DNA of 64,000 bases from the human T2T-CHM13v2.0 reference genome, Homo sapiens, in assembly GCF_009914755.1 (NCBI RefSeq), contig NC_060940.1; one strand, given 5' to 3'. The notes under the pieces are model-generated. The model saw nothing but the letters and a program-made list of their open reading frames with translations, made no database searches and had not been told where the DNA came from. Shown here piece after piece: positions 1 to 14,163 of this stretch (positions are counted from its first letter, which is position 1; the number at the start of each line of letters is the position of its first letter). The position numbers were made by a program, and so were the translations under genes.

Positions 1-150
1 AGGAAGGAAGGGAAGGAAGGAAGGAAGGAAGGAAGGGAAGGAATGAAGGAAGGAAGAGAAAGAAAGAAAGAGAGGGAAGAAGGGAGGGAGGGAAATGAAG
101 GAAGAAGGAAGAGCAAGAAAGAAAGAAAGGCAGAGAAAGAAAAAGGAAGA
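1..150 (+). repeat. (GGAA)n/(GAAA)n purine-rich simple repeat
   Basis: Almost pure G/A tract; six consecutive GGAA units at 11-34. Confidence 0.95.
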
Positions 151-1449
151 AATAATAAAACCTAAGAAATTTGAATAAATTTCTTACAATTACCTCTGGA
201 AGAAAACAAAATGTTTAAATAAAAACTCAGTGTTCACTGAGATGGAGAAAGTCTGTTTATAACAATTTAAGGAGCCACACAGAAAATCACAAGGGCTATA
301 ACTTCCTGCTTGCCGAAGGCACCTTTTGGATGAATTGCTGCTTATATCACTGCATGGCAACTGGAGAAGACGTGGATTGATGCAGTCGTTCTCAGGAAGT
401 TAGAGGACTATTAACATCAGCACGGGATTCATGATGATGTGTTGAAGGGTGGTTGGCACCCGCAAAAGGAAAGGTGATATGTTTCATATTTTATGATATG
501 TTTTGTCACTCGAGGGAATTTAGAAGTGGAGGCACTTGATAGTGAAAATGGAAGCCAACTTTCTCTTTTTGTCACTTGCGTTATTTGGGATGTTTTGAGT
601 TGGAAAAAAAAAAATAAGCAGAGACTGAATCTGTCCACTAAAGGAGAAGGGAGAACTGGGTTGGAGCCAAGAAATGGGCAGAGTGAGAAGCAAGGCTGGG
701 AACCAGATATTTGCTCAGTTTATTTGCTTCCTCTGTCCTGTTAGCTATTGAGTTTTCATTACAGTGTACTCACTTCTTTCTTCAAGTCTTCACTGTCAGT
801 GTCTTGCAAACTGCTGAACACCACTGGATCCCTCATTCCTAAAGCAGAAGTGGCTTGACTGAATGTCATCGTAGTGGGAATCACACACATTGGGCAGACC
901 CCACCATTGGAGGCTACCTCAGCAGATATCGTCTGCAAAGACAGCCTGTGCCTGGATGATGAGATCTATCCCTGCTCAAGGAACAGCTCACTGTAGCTTC
1001 CCTAAGTGGAGACAATGGGCAGGTTAATGCCAACGGGCAGAGAAGAAGGGCATGGTGGTGACCCTATCAACATGCTCGAATGCTGGCATCAAACAGAGGA
1101 TGCTTGAAGCTTTGGTGTGGTGAAGCTGGTGGAACTTTTTGAAATCTCTTTGGAAGGTTTATGCCAATGATACCCTACCTAAACCCCATCTCACATTTTC
1201 TTGGTTGAAACCATGAGCCTATTTTCTTCTTCCCTCCTTTTCTTCTTTAAATCCTTCCTTTATTACTTCCTTTGCTCCTTCATTCAACAGACACCTGTCA
1301 TGTTTTGGAGGGGAGGCCTAGCCTGAAAGAAGCTAGATTATGTTTATCTCTGAGAATATGACTTGTGTAGGCATCTCAGGTTTGTCAGTACAGTGGTTGA
1401 CCTACATGTATTTATTAGCAGGATCTTTGAAGAAAAAAAAAAAGAGGTG

Positions 1450-1970
1450 CTCCAATTGTTTATTGCTAAGTATCAAAACAGCCCCAAACTTAGTGGCATG
1501 AAAGAATGGCATTTTAATATGCCTATGATTCTATGGATCAGGAATTTGAAAGCCCATGTCCATGTTCCACAATGTCTAGGGTAATGAAGGCTGGAGATGG
1601 TTGGAATGGCTCACCTGGGGCTGTATATCTGGCGCCTCCATTCTTCACCATGTGGCATCTGCTGAAACCGCATATGGAAGAGAACTACTTCACTCATATG
1701 CATGGTGTGTGGGCTGAAGTGGCTGGAACACTTGGGGTCTGACTGGCACTGCTTCTCCTCCGTATGACCACATGGACTTCCCCCCAGTATGGCGGTCTTA
1801 TGTTACTCAACCCAGAGACTCCTGCCCAGGCCCATGGAGAGAGCAGAAGCTGCTGGAGCTCGGATGATGTGGGGCAAACTGGGATGTTCTGTGGCCCAGA
1901 TGGCAAAGCAGCAAAGAGATGGCATGATTTTATTCACCTCCTGCATGAATTCACAGTTACACAATGTGGC
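1450..1970 (-). mobile_element. MLT1-family MaLR LTR (MLT1F/G/H-like), old and diverged
   Basis: tattgctaagtatcaaaacagccccaaacttagtggc...ttctatggatcaggaatttg resembles the antisense MLT1 end; boundaries approximate. Confidence 0.65.
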
Positions 1971-2881
1971 TCTAGCACCATAAGGACTATAAGTAATAAT
2001 CTAACCTTGAGAACACAGAAGATAGCATGCTGGTGTGATTGCACTGATACCCTCAGCCAGCTCAGGCAGAATAAACAACACGGGCTAGCAGTGCAGGACA
2101 AGAACAGCACATTGCACCTTCCTTAGTGACCACAGCTAATAGCCTGATTAATGAGGCACAGGTGAAACAACCTTGGGGCATTCCCAGAAATAAAGTGGGG
2201 ACATCCTAAAGGGGCTGGAGGTTCTATGTAAGTAGTTGAAGAAAACTTTAGTAAAATGTGGATATTTAATCTTATATAAACCCACGTGTATGAACTGGTT
2301 TGTGAAGATGCAAATTACACTTTACAAAACTTTTAGTTCAAGCTTTGTATTTAATGACCTCACCCTCCAGGGTTTAGTATCTAATTGGAAAAATAAAATT
2401 AATATACATTAAATAATGGCGTAAGACAACGTAACAGCTGTCACCAGGGAGCCCTGAATAAATGACTCAAACATTAAGTTTTATAGGGATAAGCTCCAAG
2501 AAAGAAGACATTCTGAGAGATGGAAAGAACAGCGGGCCTCCTGGAAGCTGGAAATTTGATCTGTGCTTTGGAAGGTGGTGCAATTAAGTTAGGCAGACAA
2601 TGAAATCTCAAAACTAGAAATATTTTTGAAAGACTTTTGGCTTTGTGGGACTAATCTTTCCTTTAATATCTAAATAAAACAACTCATAAGAACAACTATT
2701 TTTTCCTAAGCGTTTTTAGTTTTTAAACCTTAGCCTTTGTTAGCGTGTGATGTCTAGAACTCTGGAGTTTGAAGACATGTGGGAAGTCTAGATGTGGTTA
2801 TAAGAGAGGATTAAAAAATCAAAAGTAGAGGAGGTAATTTAGAGTGGCTGTTTACTTACGTCTCTTCCTGAACTTGAAGAC

Positions 2882-3092
2882 CAAGGTTGGCCAGATAGTA
2901 AGTACTTTTTGACATTGTGGGTCACACAATTTTTATAGCAACTACTCAACTCTGTTGTTGTAGCCAGGAGCAATCATAAACAAGGCATAAACAAATAAGC
3001 ATGGCTATAACTGTGTTCCAATAAAACTTTATTTACAAAGCCAGGTGGCAGGCTGGATTTGGCCCATGAACCATATAGCTTGCTGACCTCCA
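2882..3092. mobile_element. MER58A (hAT-Charlie DNA transposon)
   Basis: gcaactactcaactctg...ctgtgttccaataaaactttatttacaaa...ggatttggccc...ttgctgacc matches recalled MER58A consensus. Confidence 0.85.
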
Positions 3093-3186
3093 CTCTAGAT
3101 GTTCAATTTATTCCATCAATGTTTAGTGAAATCTACACTGCGTTAATCATTGTGAATAAGAACATGGGATAAAAGTTGTTTGCTCA

Positions 3187-3895
<709 letters not shown>

Positions 3896-4491
3896 CCTGA
3901 TTAATGAAGCCAGAATGAGACAACCCTTCAACCCAAGATGGAATTGGAGGGCTGACTGGGAGCCCACCAACATCCCCAGAAACGCACAAATGCCCCTGAC
4001 CCTCAGCATGTGCACATTTCTTCTGCAGTGTCAGGGCATTTAATAATCAGCCTTGTTTAGGAACAGCTGAGATTCTGCAGATGACAAACACTATGAAATC
4101 CTCTCACGTAGACATTGATTCCACTCAAGAGATGATGGTGTTACAGCTGCTCCCAGCGAAACAGCTAGATTTTGCTTCAGGGGAAAGCAGTGATCCAACT
4201 TGGACGCTTCACACACACCATGCAAGGAAAAAGTCCATTTCCACATCATTTTCAATACTAATTAAACTGGCACCAATTAATGCAAACCCAGGGAGCACTT
4301 GAAGTGATCCTTGGCCCTTTCCCTTCAATAAAAATATGCAGTTGGCTGAAAATCTTCATCCCTCAGGCCAGGTAAGAGAGGATCTGCTGCATTCAGATGT
4401 CCTAGAGACAGTGCCATTTCTTCTCTGTGTTATTACTGACAACAAGTACTTTCTGCATTCCATATAATTCCAATATACCATCCTTGGGCTC

Positions 4492-4847
4492 TGTATTAAT
4501 CTGTTTTCATACTGCTGATAAAGACATACCCAAGACTAGGAAGAAAAAGAGGTGTAATTGGACTTACATTTCCACATGGCTGAGGAGTCCTCAGAATCAT
4601 GGCAGGAGGTGAAAGGCACTTCTTACATGGCTGTGGCAAGAGAAAATGAGGAAAATGCAAAAGCGGAAACCCCTGATAAAACCATCAGATCTCGTGAGAC
4701 TTATTCACTACCACGAGAACAGTATGGGGGAAACCACCCCCATGATTCAAATTATGTCCCACTGGATCCCTCCCACAACATGTGGGAATTACGGGAGCTA
4801 CAATTCAAAATGATATTTACGTAGAGACACAGAGCCAAACCGTATCA
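4492..4847 (-). mobile_element. THE1 (THE1C-like) solo LTR
   Basis: tgtattaatctgttttcatactgctgataaagacatacc...agccaaaccgtatca; 5-bp TSD ggctc/gtctc. Confidence 0.93.
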
Positions 4848-5607
4848 GTCTCTAATTAACTAAGATGCAAACTTCATCCAATAGAACAAAGTAAACACTC
4901 AGTAAATTTTAATTTATGTCATTTTGTTGTACATAAAAGAACCCAATACAATATTTGACACACAGTAAGTATCAACAAATATTAGTCCTCTTCCCCTTCT
5001 TCCAGGCCATTCTAGTCTTCAACTCTCACATGAAATCTCATAAAACCTCTTATGTGCCGTATTTTCCCAAACGAATCCCAGGTTGGGGTAAATGCTTCCA
5101 GCCACACTAAAAGAAATGTCTGATCAGCAGGATGTGGAGGAGATGCTAACTCCCTGGTGACGAGCACAGGAAATGCCCATGTGGTGATCTAAGCCCTTTG
5201 TGGGGCTCTTTTCTGCCTGCATCCTCTAATATAAATGGTTGGTTTTGCAGAACCAGCTTTGAATGCATATACCCAATGACTACACAAGTGGGGCTGGTCA
5301 GCTTTTCTTGCCTCTGTGGCCACAGGAGAGAGCACTCTCAAAAACACAGGTCACCTCCAAGGACCAACCCACTAGTAAAATACGGGCTGATGTCTGATGG
5401 CAAATGCTCCCCATGGAGCCAGCACAGAGGTTCAGTGAGGCTCCGAGGATGTAACAGGCTTCCAGGCTAAAGCACAAAGTAGCAAATATGTTCCTGTCCT
5501 TGCTACAAGTGTCAGGATTTTTTTTTAAAAAGTTATTTTTGAATACCTTCAACATTCAAAAGCTATTTATTAATGCCATCAACATTCACATAGCCTGGAG
5601 AAAACTA

Positions 5608-6330
<723 letters not shown>

Positions 6331-6795
6331 GTTTTATGAGTCAGTGACTTGAAGATGGTATTGATCTGGGCATCTTCTCTGAACAGTGGCATCCAGGAGC
6401 CCCAGAGGTCAGATATCTGAATGTTTGCCTGAGAAGAGTGAAGGCTTCAATATTCCAGGCAGTACAGAAATTGTCTACTTACTTTGTAGAGAAACCACCA
6501 GCCTCTGGCCATCTGACATCTGCCTTGTATTTACCCTGGAGATTGTTTTCTTTATTTTTGTTTTATTACAAAAGGGAGATAAGTTCAAAGGAAGAGAAAA
6601 GCAAGAAGAAGAAATAACCCCTGTAATCTACCTTATCCCCCAAAGTTACCAAGAGTTCAATTTCATTTTATAACCTCTGTACCTGTTTTCAGTATCTCCG
6701 AGAGAGATCCATCGTTTATCCAAATCATCCCTAAGTTCTTTGGCTTTCGGGGACTAATCTTTCTTTAATATCCAAATAAAACAACTCATTTCCCC

Positions 6796-7402
6796 TGTAT
6801 TATTTTTCTATTGCTGCATAACAAATTATCGTACATTTTGGAGCTGATAACAACACCCACTCACAGTTCTATATGTCTGTGTGCATGGCATCCCTGGGTG
6901 CTCTGCTCAGGTCTTACAAGGCTAAAATAGAGGTGTCAGTAAGGCTGTGTTCCAACCTGTAGTCTCTGGAGATAAATCCACTTCCAAACTCATTCAGACT
7001 GTTGAATTCAGTTCTTTGCAACTGTAGGACTGAGGTCCTGTTTCCTTTCTAGCTGTCAACCAAAGGCTGCTCTCAGCTCCAAGAGGCCACCTGCATCCTT
7101 GCCACATTTTGCCATCACCCCATTATCAAGCCAACAAGGACGCATTGAGTTCTCTTCATTCTTCTACTATCTTTATGTCAGGAAGAGCTATGTCCCTTTT
7201 AAGGACTCATCTGATTAGGTCAAGTCCACCCAGGTAATATCTGTTTTGATGAATTTGAAGGCAATTGATTTGTAACCAAACCATAGAAGCCATATCCAAT
7301 CCCATTCACTGGCCCCACACAGTCCCAAGAGAGGGGATTCTATACAGTATGTACAGGAAGGGCAGGAATTGTGGAGGGTCTCTTAGAATTTTCCTAACTC
7401 AC
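6796..7402 (-). mobile_element. MLT1E-family MaLR LTR
   Basis: tgtatt...ctattgctgcataacaaatta...ccacttccaaactcattcag...gactgaggtcctgtttcc...cttagaattttcctaactcac. Confidence 0.8.
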
Positions 7403-7854
7403 GCCAATTCTGCATTACTGCAGGAAATCCAGTCCTCTCCTGAATCCCACTAGGAAGTAATCTGTTACAGTGCTCCGCATTGAGCTGGGCTCAAAAAGCA
7501 ACTGATAAATGAATCAAAGTGCTCCTGAATGTAATGACCTTGTGGCCAGCCCCTCTCATTTGCTACTCCAATGTTGCCCACTTCTTGGCCACTTCTGGCC
7601 TTATCATCACATTCCAGGCTTCTCTGCCTGTCTCTTCTGCTCCAAACCCCTAGGCATCAGCCCTCCAAGGCAACACTAGCAGAAGGTCAATGCCTGACTG
7701 CAGTAAGATTGGGAGAGGAAAAGGCCAATGAAGGCCATCACAAAACAGGGAAAAATGAAATCATGCGAAACTGGGTACCAGGCATCACTACTCCTTAAGT
7801 CCAAATCATATCCCGTCAGAAGTCCCTTACTGGTAGTCTCTCACCTTAGATGAG

Positions 7855-8030
7855 AGCTCAGAAAACTTTTATAAATATGTTAGATTTTGCAAGCCATAAT
7901 GTCTCTGTTGCAGCTATTTAACTTTCACCTGTAATGCAAAAGCAGTCATATATGATATGTAAACAAATCGGCATGGCTATGTCTCGGTTAAAATTTATTT
8001 ATAAAATAAAGCGTAGACCAGAATCAGCCT
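7855..8030. mobile_element. MER58A fragment
   Basis: gtctctgttgcagctatttaact...aaagcagtcata...atgtaaacaaatcggcatggct. Confidence 0.7.
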
Positions 8031-8213
8031 TTGATTGCTTCTGGCTTAGACCCTGGCTGCTTTAAGGCTTTGGCCTATTCTCCCAGAATGGAGTCTTCAG
8101 GTATCTTTGTTTCTTTACCCTCCTGGATGAAGGAAACTCTTGTCCCAGGCCAGGAGAGGAAAGTGAAATCATCATAACATCCAAATAAACTCTTCATTCA
8201 AAGAGAACCACTC

Positions 8214-8915
8214 CATATATATACCATGGAATACTACACAGCCATAAAAAGAATGATATCATGGCCTTTGCAGCAACATAGTTGCAGCTGGAGGCCATTA
8301 TCCTAAGCGAATGAATGCAGAAAAAGAAAATCCAATACCACATGTTCCCGCTTATAGGTGGGAGCTAAACAATTGGTATACATGGGCATAAAGATGGAAA
8401 CAATAGACATTGGTTACTTCAAAAGCAGGGAGGGGCTGCGTGCGGTGGCTCACACCTGTAATCCCAACACTTTGGGAGGCCAAGGTGGGCAGATGGCTTG
8501 AGGTCTGAGACCAGCCTTGCCAACATGGCAAAACCCCATCTCTCCTAAAAATACAAAAATTATCCAGGCATGGTGGCACGTTTCTGTAGTCCTGGCTACT
8601 CAGAAGGCTGAGGCAAGAGAATTGCTTGAACCCAGGAGGTGTAGATTGCAGTGAGCTGAGATTGCACACCTGCACTCCAGCCTGGGGGACAGAGTGAGAC
8701 TTCGTCTCAAACAAAAACAAAAACTAAAACAAACATAAATAAGCAAAAGCAGGGAGGGAAGAATGGGGGTAAGGGCTGCAAAGCAACTTACTGGGTACTA
8801 TGTTCATTGTTTGGGTGAGGGGTTTTCTAGAAGCCTCAGCATTATGCAATACACTCGTGAAACAAACCTGCACATGTAACCTCGATCTAAAATAAAGTAA
8901 AAATAAATACCTTTT
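8214..8915 (+). mobile_element. L1PB4-like 3' end, 5'-truncated, interrupted by an Alu
   Basis: ggaatactacacagccataaaaagaatga...acaaacctgcacatgtaac...ctaaaataaa; TSD agaaccactc at 8204-8213 and 8925-8934. Confidence 0.85.
8434..8744 (+). mobile_element. Alu inserted into L1PB4
   Basis: Dimeric Alu; TSD aaaagcagggagg at 8421-8433 and 8745-8757. Confidence 0.95.
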
Positions 8916-9390
8916 TAAAGAGAAAGAACCACTCATTCACATGAACATAAAAAAGAGTTTTAACTTCCTGTTGTCCTGAACTTTGTCATTATGGATTTTG
9001 CACTACCTTGGAAAAACTCATTTGAGAGTTGTTGTTATTTGCTTGTTTGTTTCTTCCTAGAGAAGATCCCCAAGCCACAGGAAGACCCCAGAGTAACTCT
9101 GATACTGTAGTTGTTATTGTGGCTTTGCCTGATCCTGCAAGCCTAGATGGAGTTCTTGGGGGCTGCCCAAGGTCAAGTACTTGTGCTTTGCTTCCTATCA
9201 GTCATTCTGTAGGGTAAGCTAACGAACAGGAAACAGACAACACAGAACAGTTATCTTCCCCTTTCTGAGCCCACTCTGAAGGTCCCTGCTTGCCTTCTTC
9301 TTTTTCCTTCCTTTTGTAATAGGAACTTCACAGTTCAAAGGCTTCTGCGGAGAGTTTGGCAGAAAATGTAGTTTAAGCTGCAACTTGCTG

Positions 9391-9630
9391 TAATCATAAT
9401 AGCTGCCGTTTATTGGGAGCTTACTACACGTCAGGATCCTTGCGAAGTGTTTTATATGTGTTATCTCATTTAATTCTCACAACAATTTTATGAGATCGGC
9501 CCCATTCCTTTTTCCATTTTATGCACAGAAAACTGCAGTGTCAAGAGGTTAATCAGCTTCCCTAGGTACACGGAGCCAGAAAGTGGTGGAGTCTATTCAG
9601 AATGCAGTTCTCTCTCACTCCAAAAGGAGT
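9391..9630 (-). mobile_element. MIR (MIRb-like)
   Basis: tttattgggagcttactac...atctcatttaattctcacaac...gaggttaatcagcttccctaggt. Confidence 0.75.
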
Positions 9631-10122
9631 TCTCCCAAACATGACACCAAAGAGCGTCTGCATCTGGGAGATAGAGCCCCCACTGGGAGGCACTGTCTGC
9701 GTACCTTTCCCCTGCCATCAGGGTGATGGAAGTTTATGGCCCACCTCATAGAGGGCGCCACAGAGAATCTTGACATTCTTTTTAGACCAAGGCCACTTAA
9801 TAAAGTACTTCTATTGATCGTTCGAAGTAAATAAGTTCAAGACAGGCTAGAGGGCTTAATTTCAGACAGAACAATACATTAAGAGGAAGCAAAGGCCACA
9901 TGGCTAACTTAATAAAGCTTCTTCACTTAGGGCATCTTTCAGACCACATCAAAAAATAACACTGAAATTGAATGGCTGTACATAAATAAGTCAGAATTGA
10001 CATCATCCTCACCTCGCAGTGTGGTTTATGAATGGCGTTGACAGTAATTAAACACTTCTCAGCTGCAAGTATCACCAAGCATTCTATTTACATTATCATA
10101 CTTAATTTTCACAATAATTCTC

Positions 10123-10445
10123 TGCATTAGTCAGGACAGTCTAGGCTATGCTGCAGTAACAGGCAACCCCCAAATCCTGGAGGCTTAAAATCGGAAAGGT
10201 TTATTTCTCACTCATGCCGATTGTCTACTACAGTCAGCTGGGGAGTTTGCTGCTCTGGGACCAGGCTAGCAGAATATTCTGGAATGTTTTATCAGGAACT
10301 TTCCTAATTGGTATCTGAAACATTGTTGGCTGGCATTGCAAGAGGGGAAAGGGAGCTCTGGAGAGCATATGACTTCATCATTTAAATGCTAAGCTTAAAA
10401 TGTCACATGTTGCTTTTGTACAAACTCATCAGCCAGAGTCACACG
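10123..10445 (-). mobile_element. MLT1K-like LTR nested in a MIR (MIR halves ~10040-10122 and ~10480-10610)
   Basis: tgcattagtcaggacagtctaggctatgctgcagtaaca...aaggtttatttctcactcatg. Confidence 0.7.
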
Positions 10446-11974
10446 TCAAAGAGAAAGAAATAAAATATTTGCTCTAAGGCAAATGTCATCCTTATCCTGC
10501 CTTTTATAAAAGAGGAAAGAGAAGCTAAGGCGCTTATCCAAGGTTATGCAGCTAGATGAATGGTTGAGGCAAGATTTGACTTTCTGACTTGACTCTTCAC
10601 CCTCTCTGTTACAGATGGAAGTGTAAACAGGTTTCTACAGTATAAAAGAAGATTAAAACGCAACAGCATTTTAAACAAAAATTGAAGCTCAAAAGAACTG
10701 TAGGGAATGAACAATTCTAATTGGGAGGTGAAAGATTTAAAAAAGAAAAAAACAAAGCCTTGTGGAAGACATGTGGCTTGAGTTGAATGATGAAAGACAG
10801 GAAGGACATTCCAGGAAAAAGTAGAGGGAAGTGGAGGCATAGAGAGGGAAGAACAGAGGATAAGTTGGGACATGAATGACAGTGTGGCTGGAGAGAGAGA
10901 GGGAACTTGAGAGAAAGAGATGAGTAGAGACAGAGCAGGAAATGAGGCAAAAAGTGGACTGGCAACAGACAACAGGTTTTATTCTCCTAGCTGTAAGGAG
11001 AGGCAAACAGGGTATTATTCCAGAATAACTGAAACCCACAACTAGAAAATGCACTGAAACACAAACCCACTCAATAATGGGTCAAAAGCCTTATCTTCTA
11101 TAGAATCACAGTAGTCCTAGAGTTCTACAGAGTGCTTGGCACATTGCAGATGTTTGATAAATATTTAGAGCGCATTGAATGATTTCCAGAAGTGTATATG
11201 AGGTTTAGAGTTTGCTCCGAGGACAAAACAGAAAGAACTACGAAAAATCTAAGCATAAAGGAAGCCCTGCAAAGAATTTTCTAGATTGAATTTGTCACTG
11301 AAGACACAGAACATCAACATACTGGCAAACATCCAAGCCAATAAGAAGATGCAAACTGTGTGGTCAAGGTTTAACTAGTCTTGTGATGAAAGGGACTGCC
11401 ATATGGGATTGTTTTTATTTGTTGTGGTAATTTTCTGTGGAAGAGTATCCTTCTAACCTAGCATAATGAAGCTGATTATTTGTGCTTAGAATAACTAGCA
11501 AGAAAAACAAAGAAAGAGAGAGAGAGAGAGAGAAATTCATTCAAAAACATTGGAGTTAAGTTACATCCTTGGCAGAATTTCATCAGTGGAGCCCTCCTGA
11601 ATGGATGACCAAAAAGCTGTCAAGGGCTGGCTTGTCAAATACATTGACCAAGAGCTCAAAAAAATTGGGTTTTATAGACACAAACTCTAAGTGGAGAGAG
11701 AATTCTGCTCTGGGAAACTTGGTGATCTCCAACCTTGAAGATAGTCATAAAACCTCCTGATGGATAGCTTCCTTGAAGTGGGTCATTCTTTTCATTTCAT
11801 GCCCAGATGAATTCTGCACACTAAGAAGAAACTTAGAAGACCTAAACATTGGATAAATAGTGCTCAGGGAAGAGAAGTTATTTTATTAATGAAGGGTCTT
11901 GTCTGTTGGGCTGATGATCTTGGAATATATCCTGAGACTAGTGGTGAACATTCCTTAAAAGGGGACACTCAAAT

Positions 11975-12288
11975 TTTATTTTATTGTTTTTTTGTTTTTT
12001 TTTTTTTTTGAGTCAGAGTCTCACTCTGTTGCCCAGGTTGGAGTGCAGTGGTGTGATCACTCACTACAACCTCCGCCTCCCAGGTTCAAGTGATTCTCCT
12101 GCCTCAGCCTCCTGAGTAGCTGGGATTACAGGTGCATGCCACCAGGCCTGACTAATTTTTGTGTTTTTTAGTAGAGACCGGGTTTTGCTATGTTGACCAG
12201 GCTGATCTCAAACTCCCAGCCTCAAGTTATCTGCCCGCCTCAGCCTCCCAAAGTGCTGGGATTACAGGCGTGAGCCACCAAACCCAGC
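11975..12288 (-). mobile_element. AluS
   Basis: Antisense Alu; aaatttta on both flanks. Confidence 0.95.
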
Positions 12289-12445
12289 TAAATTTTAGAA
12301 AGATCACTAGGCAGCTGGGTGGAGGATGGATGACGGGATAGTTTTGCAGTGGCGATGGCACTGAAGGTTGATAGCAATAGACCAGGTGAGAAATAACAAA
12401 GATCTCAATTTTAGTAGTAATGATAGGAATATAGAGGAGCAAACT

Positions 12446-12920
12446 TATATTAATTTGCTAGGTCTACCATAACAAAATACCACAAACTGGGTGGCTTAAT
12501 TAAGAGAAATGTATTGTCATACAGTTTTGAAGGCTAGAAGTGCAAGCCAACAGAGTTGGTTTTTTCTGCGGGCTGTAAGGGAAAATGTATTCCATGCCTC
12601 TCTCACAGCTCTCTGTGGTTTGCTGGCATCCCTTGTCTTCTGCTGCATTACCCTGATCTCTGCCTTCCTCTTCACATAGTGTTTTCCTGGGTGTCTTCAC
12701 ATCGTCTTCCTTCTTTGCATGTCTGTCCCTATGTCCAAATTTCTCCTTTCTATAAGGACACCAGTCATATTGGATTACAGGCCCTCCCTACTCCAGCATC
12801 ACTTCTTCTTAACTAGTTATATCTGCAAAGGCTTTATTCCAAATAAGGTCACACTGTGATGACCTGGAGTTTAGGAATTCAACATAGGAATTTGGGGGTT
12901 ACATAACTCAAATCATGACA
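12446..12920 (-). mobile_element. MLT1C solo LTR
   Basis: ccataacaaaataccacaaactgggtggctt...tataaggacaccagtcatattggatta...ccaaataaggtcaca. Confidence 0.88.
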
Positions 12921-13082
12921 GGACCTATTTCAAAAGTATGTTGGAGTTATAGTTAAAATGACTTGATAACTAATTGAATGTGCTTGGTTATTTATGAATT
13001 AAGACAGTTTGCAGATGATGTATCAGCATATAAAGATGATATTTGCCGTTTACCAAAGGATAAACAATAGCGACAATGTCCT

Positions 13083-13473
13083 TGTTATGAGCTAAATTGT
13101 GTCTCCCCCAAATGTATATGTTGAAGTTCTAACCCTTAGTATCTCAGAATGTGACTATATTAGGAGATTGAGTCTTAAAAGAGATAATTAAGGTTAAATG
13201 GGATCCTTAATGTAGGTCCCAATACAACGTGATTAATATCCTTGTAAGGAGGAGAAATTAGAACACTGACACACCCAGAAGAAAGGCCATGTGAAATCAG
13301 AGGGAAAAGACAGGCATCTATAAGTCCAAGAGAAAGAACTCAGAAAAAAATAACCCTGCTGACACCTTGATCTCAGACGTCTTGTCTCTAGAACGGTGAG
13401 AAAACAAATTTGTGTTGTTTCAGCCACCCAGTCTGTGATACTTTCTTAAGGCAGCCCCTAACTGATGAATACA
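13083..13473 (+). mobile_element. MLT1B solo LTR
   Basis: tgttatgagctaaattgtgtctcccc...gcagccctaactgatgaataca, 391 bp; perfect 5-bp TSD gtcct. Confidence 0.9.
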
Positions 13474-13846
13474 GTCCTTAATAATCTAATGACAGTCATT
13501 TGAGTATTGTGGGGACCAGTGCAGGAGACAAAACTTTGGACGCGGAAACCATCCTGTGTCTCCATGTAACTTGATTCTTATGTATTTAGGGACAAATTTC
13601 ATGTTGCCTTTTGGAATCTGATGATTTGCAAACTCCGGTGGGCCTGAAGCCCAGAGGAAGAAGCATTTATAGGACACTCCACTGTAACAAGTCCTAGTAT
13701 CCTAAACACCACCAAGTTGTTTGCCCCTGGCACCCTTACCCGGTGGGTTTTCAGACGTAATGTCTGCTCGACATTACATCTGATGAAAGAATACTTTATC
13801 TTTCATCAGGAGGGAAAATAAGTTGGATAGAAAAGAGGATTAGACA

Positions 13847-14163
13847 GACCAGGCATGGTGGTTTATTCCCATAATCTCAGCATTTTGAGAGTCTAAGGTA
13901 GGAGGATCACTTGAGGCCGGGAGTTTGAAAGCAGTCTGGGCAATATAGCCAGAACCCATCTCTAAACAAAAAAAAAAAAATTTTGTTTTGATTAGCTGAG
14001 GGTGGTGGAACATGCCTGTAGTCCCAGCTACTTGGGAGGTCAAGGTGGGAGGATCTCTTGAGCCCAGGTGTTCGATGCTACAGTGAGCTATTATTGTGTC
14101 ACTGCACTCCATCCTGGGCAACAGACCTAGTTTCTGTTTCTAGAAAAAAAAAAAAAAAGAAAG
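13847..14163 (+). mobile_element. AluJ
   Basis: Diverged dimer with AluJ-type ggaggatcacttgagg / gagcccagg. Confidence 0.9.

Noticed and set aside
919-942. Minus-strand translation VFADDIC resembling a reverse-transcriptase YADD motif
   Set aside because: Immediately followed by a stop, and no upstream PQG motif at the expected spacing; treated as chance
13740-13820. Hammerhead ribozyme or C/D snoRNA suggested by CTGATGA on both strands near hairpins
   Set aside because: GAAA does not directly follow the stem after CUGAUGA, stems I/III are absent, and no box C...box D arrangement with a terminal stem was found
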